A stretch of 64,000 bases of DNA from Candidatus Krumholzibacteriia bacterium (GTDB taxonomy: Bacteria; Krumholzibacteriota; Krumholzibacteriia; LZORAL124-64-63), in the NCBI GenBank assembly GCA_050174015.1, contig JBFXKG010000003.1, positions 160,001-224,000 of the forward strand, written 5' to 3'. Within the stretch, counting starts at the first letter, position 1. Each line of letters begins with the position of its first letter. Of this stretch, positions 38,106 to 47,213 are shown one piece after another. A program made the translations under genes and the position numbers. The notes under the pieces are model-generated. The model was not told where the DNA came from. It did no database searches and saw only the letters and a program-made list of their open reading frames with translations.

Positions 38106-38870
38106 TCAGAATTTCCAGCCCAGGCCGGTGTAGGTGCTCCAGTCGGTCCGCTTCACCCCGGCCGGTGGATCGCTGTTGTGCTCGACGGAGGCGCCCGTCT
38201 TCAGGGATAGGGATCCGGAAAGCGCGACGGTGATTCCCAGGTTCCCCACGGCGCGCACCTGGCTGAAATCGCCGAACAGGGGCTGATAGAAACCCGACGC
38301 CTCGCAGACCACTCCCGGTTTGAGGGTCAGGGAGGTCACCAGGAACGTCGACAGCCTCCCGCGTCCCAGCTTGCCGTCTCGATCCTCGATCCGCTCGACC
38401 TCGAGCATGGGAGTGGCGCCGATCGCGACCCTGCCGGAGCCTTCATCCAGGACGTTCCAGCGGATTCCGGCGCCCAGCAGCCAGCGCGACTGGAGCCGCT
38501 GGAAGGGATTGTGCTGGATCTGGGTGAAGGAGACCGTGGCCAGCCCGCGGCCCAGGTCGTAGTTGTGACGCAGGTGGGCGGTCACCTCGCGGGACTTCTC
38601 GACCCCGGCGACCTCCTCGTACGATCCTGAGGAGATGAGCCTGAGCCGGTGGCGATCGGTTTGCCGCTGGAGCCGGGCTCCGGCCTCGACCTGGAATTTT
38701 TCGCTGTTGCCGCCGCCGGCGCGCAGCATCCCTTCGAGAACGCCCGACCAGCCGGTATCGTCCGCCTGTCCCAGCTGGAGTGTATTGAGGATGGGCGAGG
38801 CGGCGGCGGGGGAGAATCCCAGGGCGAGGACCAGGGTGGGCAGGATCAGGGCTCGCAGTTTCCTCATCAT
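38106..38870 (-). CDS. DUF481-like outer-membrane beta-barrel protein
   Basis: Signal peptide; 'GGNSE', 'HLRHN', 'R.LLGAG.R', 'YQP'; ends in the barrel signature 'TGLGWKF'. Confidence 0.7.
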   Translation of the reverse strand: MMRKLRALILPTLVLALGFSPAAASPILNTLQLGQADDTGWSGVLEGMLRAGGGNSEKFQVEAGARLQRQTDRHRLRLISSGSYEEVAGVEKSREVTAHLRHNYDLGRGLATVSFTQIQHNPFQRLQSRWLLGAGIRWNVLDEGSGRVAIGATPMLEVERIEDRDGKLGRGRLSTFLVTSLTLKPGVVCEASGFYQPLFGDFSQVRAVGNLGITVALSGSLSLKTGASVEHNSDPPAGVKRTDWSTYTGLGWKF

Positions 38871-38979
38871 CTGTCTATCATCCATGGTTGCCGGCGAAAG
38901 CCTGTTCAATGTCTCGGGCGCCCGTCCGATATTGAGGGGACGGAAGACCGATCGCACGTATTTTTCCGGAGACGACGAG

Positions 38980-40344
38980 ATGAAGCCCCGACACCTTCCG
39001 GTCCTGTTGCTCCTCATGGTCCAGCTGACAGGCTGCGGGAAGACCGAAAAGTCACCCAACGTCCTGCTGATCACCATGGACACGACGCGGGCCGACCACC
39101 TCTCGGCCTACGGCTACAAGTTCAGGACGTCGCCCTTCCTGGAGGAGTTCGCGGCCGAGGGCGCCCTGTTCAAGAGGGTCTATGCGGCCGCCCCGGCCAC
39201 CGCGCCGTCCCATGCGACCATCTTCACCTCCCTGTCCCCACTGACCCACCGCGTGGTCAAGAACGCCGTGGCCCTGGCCGGACACCACGAAACCCTGGCC
39301 GAGGTCCTCGCCGGCCGTGGCTACCAGACCGCGGCGATCGTCAGCTCCTTCGTGCTCAACAGGAAGTTCGGCCTCGACCAGGGATTCACGCACTACGACG
39401 ACCGGCTGGACGGCGCCGGCGCCTCCATCGCCTGGAAGCACTGGGAGGGGCAGGAAGTGGACGGGGCTTTCGACTGCCGCGCCGATGCGACGACCGACCG
39501 CGCCCTGGCCTGGCTGGAGACCGCGCGGGATCCGGACGTGCCGTTCTTCCTCTTCGTCCACTACTTCGATCCCCACGATCCTTACGCGCCGCCGCGGGAG
39601 TACCAGGGTCGATTCAGCGATCCGGACGTCGCCAATCCGGCCATCCGGCGCCAGATCGGCAACTACGACGGGGAGATCGCCTTCACCGACGACCAGATGC
39701 GTCGCTTGATCGCCCGGCTCGACGCGCTCGACCTTGCCGACGACACCATCGTGATCATCATCGGGGATCACGGGGAAGGCCTGTGGCAGCGGGGTTACCA
39801 GTACCACGGCGCGCACATCTACGAGGAGGCGGTCCGCGTGCCTCTGGTTGTGCGGTGGCCCGGCCGCATCCCCGCCGGCAGCGTCTTCCAGAAGCCGGTG
39901 ACCATCGCGGCGGTGATGCCCACCCTGTTCGACCTGCTCGGCATCCCGGTCGAGGGTCGCCTGTTCCACGGCCGCAGCCTGGCCCGAGCCCTGCAGTCGG
40001 GCGAGCCGCTGCGCCGGGATCTGCCGGTCTTCCTCTATCGCATTCCCTACGATCCGCACGACGAGTTCGGAGTCTGGGTGGACGGCGAGAAGCACGGGGT
40101 GCGCCTGGGCAACTGGAAGTACCTCGAGGCCGAGAACGAGGGCACGACCGAGCTCTTCGACCTGCGGACCGACCCGGGAGAGACGCGCAACCTGGCGGCG
40201 GCCGATTCCGCCGTCGCCGCCGACATGGCCCGGATCCTGGCGGACTGGCGCGAAGTCGTGACCAGCCCCGATTCGCTCACGGTGCAGCCGGCGCTCTCGG
40301 ATTCCGACCTGAAGAAGCTGCGGTCCCTCGGCTACGTGCACTGA
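38980..40344 (+). CDS. Sulfatase-like hydrolase lipoprotein (alkaline phosphatase superfamily)
   Basis: Lipobox LTGC; 'NVLLITMDTTRADHL', 'TAPSHATIFT', 'HYFDPHDPY', 'YDGEI', 'GDHGE', 'ELFDL..DPGE', 'LRSLGYV'. Confidence 0.9.
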   Translation: MKPRHLPVLLLLMVQLTGCGKTEKSPNVLLITMDTTRADHLSAYGYKFRTSPFLEEFAAEGALFKRVYAAAPATAPSHATIFTSLSPLTHRVVKNAVALAGHHETLAEVLAGRGYQTAAIVSSFVLNRKFGLDQGFTHYDDRLDGAGASIAWKHWEGQEVDGAFDCRADATTDRALAWLETARDPDVPFFLFVHYFDPHDPYAPPREYQGRFSDPDVANPAIRRQIGNYDGEIAFTDDQMRRLIARLDALDLADDTIVIIIGDHGEGLWQRGYQYHGAHIYEEAVRVPLVVRWPGRIPAGSVFQKPVTIAAVMPTLFDLLGIPVEGRLFHGRSLARALQSGEPLRRDLPVFLYRIPYDPHDEFGVWVDGEKHGVRLGNWKYLEAENEGTTELFDLRTDPGETRNLAAADSAVAADMARILADWREVVTSPDSLTVQPALSDSDLKKLRSLGYVH

Positions 40345-40363
40345 CGGTCCCGCCCCGATCCGC

Positions 40364-41899
40364 TCAGCGGTCGACCGGAGCCGGTTCCGATCCTTCACGC
40401 CACGCGTAGGCCCTCCCCGGAGAGGGGATCTCGGCCTGCTGGATGTCGCCCGACGGCCAGCGGACCTCCAGCCGGAAGGGCCCGGCCGCCCCGCCCGTCC
40501 CGAAATGGAGCGGCAGGACGGCGGCGTTCCAGTGGCTGACGGTGCTGCGCAGGGCCCTGGACTGGATCGGGCCGCCCTCGATCAGACGCACCCGAGCTCC
40601 CAGCGGACTGCAACTCCCGGCGCGGTCCCGGAGTTCGAGGGTGAATCCCCCCGCATCGGATGTGTTCTCGAGCAGGACCGCGAGCCCCTCGCGGTCGGGA
40701 TGATCCTCCCGGCCCCCCAGGGCGACGAGGTCGAGGTCACCGTCCTGATCCAGATCCACGGCCCACGCTCCACAGGGCAGGGCCGGCACCTCGGCGCGGC
40801 CGCCCCAGAGGGCGGTCGCGTCCAGGAACCCGCCGTCGCCCAGCCCCTGGGCGACCAGGTTGGGCGCGTTGACCTCGAGCGATTCCTGCCCCGTCACGTA
40901 GAGATCGAGGATCCCGTCGTTGTCCAGATCGGCCAGGACGGCGGAGTCGGGCCCAGGAGGCAGCGGCGGAGCGAAGGCCTGACCCTGGACGAACCGGATG
41001 CGGCCGGGCGCGCTCTCGTTCAGCCAGACCGTCACCGTTGCGGGATCCGCCTGGACGGTGACCAGGTCCGGGTCCCCGTCGCCGTCCACGTCGCCCAGGA
41101 CGGCTTCGGCCAGGTGGGCCGGGCCGAAGGGCAGGCCCGAGGCCTCCCGGATCTCCTCGTACCCGCCCGCTCCGGTGTTGCGGAAGACGGTGCTCGCCGC
41201 GCCGCCGAGGTACAGGTCTTCCCTGCCGTCGCCGTCCAGGTCGCCGCAGGCGGCGACCGTCCGCCACAGGAAGGCCTCGACGTTCAGGCCTTCGCGGCGG
41301 TCCTTCCGGTTGGCGTCGATCGCGTCGCTCCACTCCTTCCAGTCCGTGCCGGTGAAGTGGAAGAGGCGCGGAGGGGTGCGGAAGCCCAGGACCACCAGCT
41401 CGGGATAAGCGTCGTCGTCCAGGCGGGTCCAGACGGCGCCGCGACCGCGGCCGCGGGAATCGCGCAGGGGGTGGTAGGGAGCCAGGACGTCGCGGAACAC
41501 GCCTTCGGCGTTGCGGTCCCAGAGCTCGTTGAAGCCGAGCCCCATCCCCCGTTCGGCGCCCACCGAGATGTAGAGTTCGGGATCGCCGTCCGCGTCGAAG
41601 TCGCAGGCGGCCGTGCCGTGGTTGTCCTTGGCGAAGCAGGGCAGCAGGCCGCAGGTGTCGGCCCGGTCGAACCGCAGGCCGCCCCGGTTCAGCCAGGCCC
41701 CCACGCCCCGGCCGTGAAGACTGATCAACAGGTCCAGCCGGCCGTCGCGGTCCAGGTCCGCCCAGGTCGCGCCGTATCCCTTGCCCGTGGACGGCAGGCC
41801 GGAATCGGCGACCGCACGCAGCAGGGAAACGCCGTCGTCCGCTCCGGCAGCGGCTCCGGCGCCCAGGAACAGGAGGATCAGGCCGGCCCGCAGGGTCAT
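40364..41899 (-). CDS. FG-GAP repeat / CRTAC1-like protein with an ASPIC/UnbV C-terminal domain
   Basis: Repeated 'D.D.DG..DL' motifs (DLDRDGRLDL, DFDADGDPEL, DLDGDGREDL, DVDGDGDPDL, DLDNDGILDL, DLDQDGDLDL); 'LHFGTG..LEVRWPSG'. Confidence 0.88.
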   Translation of the reverse strand: MTLRAGLILLFLGAGAAAGADDGVSLLRAVADSGLPSTGKGYGATWADLDRDGRLDLLISLHGRGVGAWLNRGGLRFDRADTCGLLPCFAKDNHGTAACDFDADGDPELYISVGAERGMGLGFNELWDRNAEGVFRDVLAPYHPLRDSRGRGRGAVWTRLDDDAYPELVVLGFRTPPRLFHFTGTDWKEWSDAIDANRKDRREGLNVEAFLWRTVAACGDLDGDGREDLYLGGAASTVFRNTGAGGYEEIREASGLPFGPAHLAEAVLGDVDGDGDPDLVTVQADPATVTVWLNESAPGRIRFVQGQAFAPPLPPGPDSAVLADLDNDGILDLYVTGQESLEVNAPNLVAQGLGDGGFLDATALWGGRAEVPALPCGAWAVDLDQDGDLDLVALGGREDHPDREGLAVLLENTSDAGGFTLELRDRAGSCSPLGARVRLIEGGPIQSRALRSTVSHWNAAVLPLHFGTGGAAGPFRLEVRWPSGDIQQAEIPSPGRAYAWREGSEPAPVDR

Positions 41900-41903
41900 G
41901 CGC

Positions 41904-42905
41904 CTAGCGCCATCCGCTGGCCGCCGCCGACACCCGCCAGTAGCCGTGGTGACCCTCCTCGTTCTCGGGCCGGATGTCCTCGACCCGCAGGGTGACGGTG
42001 TGTTCCCCGGGAGTCAGCCACCGGCTCACGTCCACGGTTTCGGGCAGGGTGACGTCGCCGGGGCACCAGCCGCTGCGGGCGTAGTCGCTGCTCCACGATC
42101 CGTCCGCCCACTTGGCACAGTAGGGATTCACGGTGCGGAACGCCGTGCAGTCGTCGCGCCACGGCCGCCAGCGGTGGACCTCCTCGCCGTCGATCAGCAG
42201 GACGTTGTCCTTGGTGATGAACTCGTCGGCGTCGGTGCCGTCGGTGCAGTGGCCGGTGGAGATCAGGGCGACCTCGGTCCACCGGGTTCCCGCGGGCACG
42301 GTCACGGTCGCGGTCGCTTCGGGCCGCTCGGCGGTCAGGCCGCCCTCGGGGAAGAGCATCCCCGCCGTCCAGGCGGGCGCATCGATCCCGCCGTGGCGCA
42401 TGGGTTCGAGGATCAGGTCCACGTCCACGGTCCAGGCCGGACTGACCCAGGTGTCGATGAAGACCTCGAACTCGCAGTGCCCTTCCAGGAGCGGCAATAC
42501 CCTGGTCACGTCCACCTCGTGCCGGATGGCCCCGCCGTAGGCCGTCATGAACCGGCAGAGTTCCACCGGCGCCATCCCCGGCTTGACCAGCCGCACCCAG
42601 CCGGCCCGGTCCCAGCGGTCGTGCATGTTGCGGATGTCCTTGCGGATGGGGTCGACGGCCAGAGCCAGGGTGACCCGGGCCGGTCCGGTGCGGGCGGGGA
42701 ACTCGCGGTAGGTGGCCATGATGCGGCCCTTGTCCCGGGCCGAGGCGAAGGGGGAGTCGAAGGCGGTGCTGTCGTCGGGCGTGAAGTGGACGGTCACGTC
42801 CCGGAACAGGGGGATGGTCTCGGCGGGCGGGTCAGGGACGGGTTCGCCGCACCCTGCAATGGCCAGGACCAGAGCCAGGAAGACCGGGACCGCGGACTTG
42901 CTCAT
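41904..42905 (-). CDS. Peptide-N-glycosidase F-related lipoprotein
   Basis: Lipobox IAGC; 'DRWDRAG', 'ELCRFMTAYG', 'FIDTW', 'STGH..DEF', 'PWRDDC..NP..SSDYARSGWCPG'. Confidence 0.8.
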   Translation of the reverse strand: MSKSAVPVFLALVLAIAGCGEPVPDPPAETIPLFRDVTVHFTPDDSTAFDSPFASARDKGRIMATYREFPARTGPARVTLALAVDPIRKDIRNMHDRWDRAGWVRLVKPGMAPVELCRFMTAYGGAIRHEVDVTRVLPLLEGHCEFEVFIDTWVSPAWTVDVDLILEPMRHGGIDAPAWTAGMLFPEGGLTAERPEATATVTVPAGTRWTEVALISTGHCTDGTDADEFITKDNVLLIDGEEVHRWRPWRDDCTAFRTVNPYCAKWADGSWSSDYARSGWCPGDVTLPETVDVSRWLTPGEHTVTLRVEDIRPENEEGHHGYWRVSAAASGWR

Positions 42906-43272
42906 CGTTCACCTCTTGGGTCTGGACCTGTCGGGAAGGGTTCCATCTCGAAAAACCGTCGTGGAGCGAGTTTGCCGGCCTGGCCAACGCTTCCCGGCCG
43001 ATCTTCCCACAACCCGGGGCGGTTATCGACAGGTTTTGGATCAGGGGTCTCACCCGAAATTCCCAATCCGGGTACCCTGAGGGAATGATGCCAAGCCGGC
43101 AGGGACCCCCTGGCTTTTCCGGCGAGCCGATGCTTCCCGGGGAGGCGGACCCAGGCTGATCGCATCGATCCCGTCCGCCACGGCGATCCGTGGGGATCTC
43201 TCCCGGTGCTCTCGGGCCCGAGTTTCGCAGCCTGAGGGGCGGGTTAAAGCCAATTTATTCATTTTCAATCGG

Positions 43273-44508
43273 TTAAAAGTCCACTCGCTGTAAGACCCCA
43301 ACCATGTGGCTTGCCCGAACTGGGGCATCCCATCCCTGCGGCCTCGCCTCAGGTGCAGGTGACCCCTGCGATGCCGCCTCCGGCGCTGGAAACCCCTGCA
43401 CCCCCTGCGCCTTCTCGTGGAGGTGCCGGTGACAGGCGCTGCAGAGGGTGATCAGGTTGTCGGGCGCGTTTGTGCCGCCCCGCGCCCGCGGCAGGACGTG
43501 ATGCACCTCCAGGAACCGAGTATTCGTGCAGCCGGACCCCTGGCAGCGGTGCCCGTCCCGGGCCAGCACCCGCCGCCGCACCCGGGGCGGGATGGTCGCG
43601 GTGTTGCGCCCGGTCCGGGGATCGTCGCTGCGGGAATCGCAGGTCACGCGCCCGGCATCCGCCTGGCCGAGGGCTATGTCCCCCCGGCTGGTCGCAGCCG
43701 AAAAACGGCCGCAATCGGGGCATTGGCGCACGTGAACCTGGAAAGAGGTCCCCCGGGGGACCCGCTCGGGGTGATTGGCGGAGGCGCGGGCGGTGGTGCT
43801 CGTCGAGGCGCCGGCGGAGGCATGGGCAGAGACCCCGGCCTCGATATTGAGCTGCCCCCCGCCCAGGGCGTCCTCCAGCAAGGAATCCAACCCGGCGAGG
43901 ATCCGCTCGATGCGATCCCCGCCGACCTCCGACTTGGCCAGCTTTTCCTGAAGGGCCTCGAACCGGGCGAACTGCTCAGGGGTCATCTCCAGGGACACCT
44001 TGACCGGGACGGCCGCGGCCAGCCGCCGCTCACGGGGGGCCGCCGGGATCAATTCCCCCTGGCCGGGTGAGGTCCTCAGGTCGGCGGCCTGGGCCCGCAC
44101 CCTGGCGACGTCCTCCGCCAGTCTGCCCCTCGGGGTCGTGCAGGCCACCTTCACCCATTCCTTCTCGGTGGCGGGGGTGGCGACCTTGATGATCTCCCGG
44201 GCCTTGGTGTAGCCGATCTTCCCGGTCTCCAGTGATTTTCTGATCTGCGGCAGGTCGTCCAGCTTGCGGGCCATGCGAACGAAATCCCCGGTCCTTGTCT
44301 TCGAGAAGCCGAGCTCCTTCTGGGCGTAGATCTGGATGGAGGCGAATCCGAGGTCCCGGTACAGACCGCGGGCCATGATGTCGGCGAACCACAGGACCGC
44401 GCAGTGGCGGGCCTGGTCCAAGACACGGACGGCCTGCTTGAGGGAGGAGTGGGCGGCGGCGGCAGGCTGGCCGGGCTGGAAGACAGGGATGGCGGCACTC
44501 GTGGACAT
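43273..44508 (-). CDS. HNH endonuclease with a long N-terminal helical (DUF222-like) region
   Basis: AGGAGGAG RBS; 'CPDC', 'IPPRVRRRVLARDGHRCQGSGC...LEVHHVLPRARGGTNAPDNLITLCSACHRHLH'. Confidence 0.88.
   Translation of the reverse strand: MSTSAAIPVFQPGQPAAAAHSSLKQAVRVLDQARHCAVLWFADIMARGLYRDLGFASIQIYAQKELGFSKTRTGDFVRMARKLDDLPQIRKSLETGKIGYTKAREIIKVATPATEKEWVKVACTTPRGRLAEDVARVRAQAADLRTSPGQGELIPAAPRERRLAAAVPVKVSLEMTPEQFARFEALQEKLAKSEVGGDRIERILAGLDSLLEDALGGGQLNIEAGVSAHASAGASTSTTARASANHPERVPRGTSFQVHVRQCPDCGRFSAATSRGDIALGQADAGRVTCDSRSDDPRTGRNTATIPPRVRRRVLARDGHRCQGSGCTNTRFLEVHHVLPRARGGTNAPDNLITLCSACHRHLHEKAQGVQGFPAPEAASQGSPAPEARPQGWDAPVRASHMVGVLQRVDF
43330..43410. repeat. Imperfect ~30-bp tandem repeat in the HNH gene tail
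   Basis: Repeated CCCCTGCG...GCCTC.GG.GC.GG units encoding QGFPAPEAAS / QGSPAPEARP / QG. Confidence 0.45.
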
Positions 44509-44549
44509 ACTTCTCCTCCTGGGAATCCGGGAGGAGTGGATCACGGGGA

Positions 44550-44578
44550 ATGATAGCGAAAAAAAGACGAAAATGCAA
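44550..44578 (-). promoter_or_regulatory. Sigma70 promoter of the HNH gene
   Basis: Minus strand TTGCAT (44578-44573), 17-bp spacer, TATCAT (44555-44550). A perfect palindrome ATTTTCCGCGGAAAAT lies at 44592-44607, just upstream of the -35. Confidence 0.65.
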
Positions 44579-44741
44579 GGAGAAACCGGAAATTTTCCGC
44601 GGAAAATCCGAAAGAATTCCGAGATTCCCCGGAATCCGACCAGGACTCTGCCGATGCTTGCGGCTGGGCCGCCCTACCCGCGGGTAGGCCGCAATCGCCT
44701 ACCCCCATCTTCGCTCATGCGGAGTCACCCGGAACCGTCAG

Positions 44742-44801
44742 AAAATGTGTCAGGGTGTCCCGCTGCAGGTGTTTCACGGGACACTTTTGCGGGACACTTT
44801 T
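44742..44801. promoter_or_regulatory. Candidate enhancer (bEBP upstream activating sequences)
   Basis: Inverted repeat GTGTCCCG (44755-44762) / CGGGACAC (44777-44784), and direct repeat CGGGACACTTTT at 44777 and 44790. They lie about 80-140 bp upstream of a -24/-12 motif. Confidence 0.5.
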
Positions 44802-44881
44802 TGACCGTCCAAACATCAGAGATGGCCCAGGGGAATCCACAACTTGTTATATTTCAATCTTTTTAATTTTTTTGGTTCTAT

Positions 44882-44898
44882 CAGGCACCCTACTTGCT
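44882..44898 (+). promoter_or_regulatory. Sigma54 (-24/-12) promoter
   Basis: CAGGCACCCTACTTGCT: GG(44884-85)-N10-GC(44896-97) matches GGCAC-N5-TTGC. It is preceded by an AT-rich IHF-like tract at 44840-44875. Confidence 0.7.
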
Positions 44899-44908
44899 TC
44901 CTTTAGGT

Positions 44909-45040
44909 CAGACGCCTCCCAATCCGGCCGATGAGCGAGGGGCCGGATCCCCCGCGGCGGGGCTGACAGGGCGAACGCAGCTCCGCCGCACCCCCCTCCC
45001 GGGTTGTTCCGAGGGCGAAGGAACAACCCGGGATCTTTTT
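44909..45040 (+). ncRNA. Candidate ~130-nt small RNA with three stem-loops and an intrinsic terminator
   Basis: Stems at 44922-29/44941-48, 44954-65/44978-89 and 44997-45010/45020-33 (14 bp, perfect), then TCTTTTT. Loops carry GAGCGAG, AGGGCGAA, AGGGCGAA; linkers are C-rich. It starts at the expected +1 of the sigma54 motif. Confidence 0.6.
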
Positions 45041-45219
45041 GGGTACAAGCAGGGATGATCCCGCCGGTCCCCACCGTTTTCTTGCATTCCCACTCCTGAA
45101 TGACGAAGTTTTCAGCAGGAAAACCCCCGAAAAAAGGCGTTTCCAACCCAGTTTTGCGGCTTGTCGCCAGCTTGCGTTTCCAGCGAGCGCCGGCGCGAGG
45201 GGCCCAGGAGGAGGACGGG

Positions 45220-46287
45220 ATGAATATCACGATCACCAGGAACCCGAACCCCGCCACCCCGCCTGCCGGGGACTACGGCTTCGGCTCCAAGTTCACCCCC
45301 CACATGTTCCTCCTCGACTGGAAGGATGGGCAGTGGCGCGATCCCCGGATCGTGCCCTACGGTCCCTTCACCATCGATCCGGCTTCCAAGGTCCTGCACT
45401 ACGGCCAGGAGATCTTCGAGGGGATGAAGGCCTACCGGAACGGCAAGGACGGCTCGGTGCACATGTTCCGGGCCGACCGGAACATCCGCCGCTTCAACAT
45501 CTCCTGCGAGCGGATGTGCATGCCCCAGGTCGATCCCGATCTGTTCATGCGCGCGCTGAACACGCTCATCGACCTCGACCGGGACTGGGTGCCCGAGAGC
45601 CCCAACGCCCTGTACATCCGGCCGACCATGATCTCCACCCAGGTCGGCCTGGGCGTCAAGGCCAGCACCGAGTACGTGTTCTTCATCATCATCGGTCCGG
45701 TGGGATCGTACTTCGCAGGCGGCATCAATCCGCTGAAGCTGAAGGTCGAGGAGAAGTATGTGCGGTCCGCCCCCGGAGGCACCGGCTACGCCAAGACCGG
45801 CGGCAACTACGCGGCCGCTCTCCTGCCCATCCAGCTGGCCCAGAAGGCGGGCTACGACAACATCATCTGGCTCGACGCCTGCGAGAGGAAGTACGTCGAG
45901 GAGATGGGGGCCATGAACATCGCCTTCGTCTACGAGGACCGGATCATCACCGCCCCGACGGGCGACACCATCCTCGACGGGGTGACGCGCGACTCGGTCG
46001 GCATCCTGCTGAAGGACATGGGTTACAACTGGGTCGAGGAGCATCCGGCCATCGCCGAGATCATCGCCGACGCGCACAGCGGCAAGCTCAAGGAAGTGCT
46101 GGCCTGCGGGACGGCCGCGGTCGTCACCCCGGTGGGGCTCATCCACTTCCAGGGCAAGGACCACACCATCGGCGACGGCAAGGAAGGCCCCGTCACCGAG
46201 AAGCTGCGCAAGACCCTCACCGGGATCCACGCCGGGAACAGCGAGCACCATCCCGAATGGATCTTCAAGGTGCCGCGGGCGGAATGA
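45220..46287 (+). CDS. ilvE: Branched-chain amino acid aminotransferase
   Basis: AGGAGG RBS; 'LHYGQEIFEGMKAY', 'LYIRP', 'AKTGGNYAA' (PLP lysine), 'EEMGAMN', 'ILDGVTR', 'CGTAAVVTPVG'. Confidence 0.97.
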   Translation: MNITITRNPNPATPPAGDYGFGSKFTPHMFLLDWKDGQWRDPRIVPYGPFTIDPASKVLHYGQEIFEGMKAYRNGKDGSVHMFRADRNIRRFNISCERMCMPQVDPDLFMRALNTLIDLDRDWVPESPNALYIRPTMISTQVGLGVKASTEYVFFIIIGPVGSYFAGGINPLKLKVEEKYVRSAPGGTGYAKTGGNYAAALLPIQLAQKAGYDNIIWLDACERKYVEEMGAMNIAFVYEDRIITAPTGDTILDGVTRDSVGILLKDMGYNWVEEHPAIAEIIADAHSGKLKEVLACGTAAVVTPVGLIHFQGKDHTIGDGKEGPVTEKLRKTLTGIHAGNSEHHPEWIFKVPRAE

Positions 46288-46308
46288 CCCTTTCCGAAGG
46301 CCACGAGC

Positions 46309-46344
46309 AGAGCCCCTCCCCCCCCGGGAGGGGCTCTCCCTTTG
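46309..46344 (+). terminator. Terminator-like hairpin after ilvE
   Basis: AGAGCCCCTCCC-CCCCC-GGGAGGGGCTCT, a 12-bp perfect stem. Confidence 0.6.
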
Positions 46345-46521
46345 CCCCGGCTTCCTACTCGCCGCCCGCATGAAATGAAAATGGAAGCAAAAGCTCAATG
46401 GTGGTAGGGTGTTCGTGTTCGATCCTCTCCCGGGGGGGCCGAAATCCCAACATGGTCCCACCACGCCGGCTCCAGGCCGGTCGCTTCCCGTGGGAGGGAC
46501 ACCTCGATCGAGGAGATACCC

Positions 46522-47088
46522 ATGAAAATGAAGCTGTTTTCCGTCATCCTGGTGATGGTCTGGGCTCCGGTGTGCTTGTCCCAGTCCGTCGCGCCGGGAA
46601 CCCTGGAACTGGGCGGGTCCCTGGGGTTCGTATCCATGAGCGACGACCTCTACGAGATCAACGGGGATTCCTTCACGAGCATCAGCATCCAGCCTCGCGC
46701 GTCCTACTTCGTCTCCCAGGGTCTGGGCCTGGGTCTGGTATTCGACTACCTGAAGATGGGCTACGATTCCGGCAGCGACGTCACGGTTTTCGGCATCGGG
46801 CCGGCGTTGACCTATTACTTCTGGCCCGAAGGACAGCGGACGGCCCCCTTCATCGGAGCGTCCTACGTCTACCAGAAGACGACGTCGGAGGGGGACCAGA
46901 CCATGACCACGGTCGAGTTGACCGCGGGGGTCGCCATCGCCCTGGCCGAGCATTTCGCCCTGAAGATCGGGGCCTTCTACGCCATGGACGAAACCGAATT
47001 CGAGGCCGATGAGTGGGGCCTCGGGAATATCGACATTTCAGGCAAGAGGATCGGGGTCAACGTCGGGTTCGCCGGTTTCCTCTTCTGA
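46522..47088 (+). CDS. Small outer-membrane beta-barrel (OmpA-like 8-stranded) protein
   Basis: AGGAG RBS, signal peptide, amphipathic strands, ends 'VGFAGFLF'. Confidence 0.78.
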   Translation: MKMKLFSVILVMVWAPVCLSQSVAPGTLELGGSLGFVSMSDDLYEINGDSFTSISIQPRASYFVSQGLGLGLVFDYLKMGYDSGSDVTVFGIGPALTYYFWPEGQRTAPFIGASYVYQKTTSEGDQTMTTVELTAGVAIALAEHFALKIGAFYAMDETEFEADEWGLGNIDISGKRIGVNVGFAGFLF

Positions 47089-47104
47089 CCGTCCCTTTCT
47101 CCTC

Positions 47105-47140
47105 GACAGGTCCCCTGCCCCGGGGAGGGGATCTGTCCTT
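47105..47140 (+). terminator. Terminator-like hairpin
   Basis: GACAGGTCCCCT...AGGGGATCTGTC. Confidence 0.5.
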
Positions 47141-47213
47141 GGGATATTTCATTGGAATCAAACCACCCGTCGGGAGTATAACGGACCCCTCAACCCGTTC
47201 CCCGGAGGATCCC

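Noticed and set aside
43003..43031. DnaA-box-like sequences (CTTCCCACA, TTATCGACA) suggesting a replication origin
   Set aside because: Only one or two imperfect boxes, and no dnaA/dnaN/gidA context.
43078..43100. Minus-strand TGGCAT as a second sigma54 promoter
   Set aside because: The -12 GC is absent at the required GG-N10-GC spacing.
44777..44801. CRISPR-like or iteron repeats (CGGGACACTTTT x2)
   Set aside because: Only two 12-bp copies with a 1-bp gap, no spacers and no cas or rep genes; better explained as activator binding sites.
44909..45219. T-box riboswitch or leader-peptide attenuator for ilvE
   Set aside because: No T-box consensus (GGTGGNACCGCG) is seen. The only mini-ORF (44931-44966, MSEGPDPPRRG) has no RBS and no Ile/Leu/Val codons. 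A cis-regulatory role is not fully excluded.
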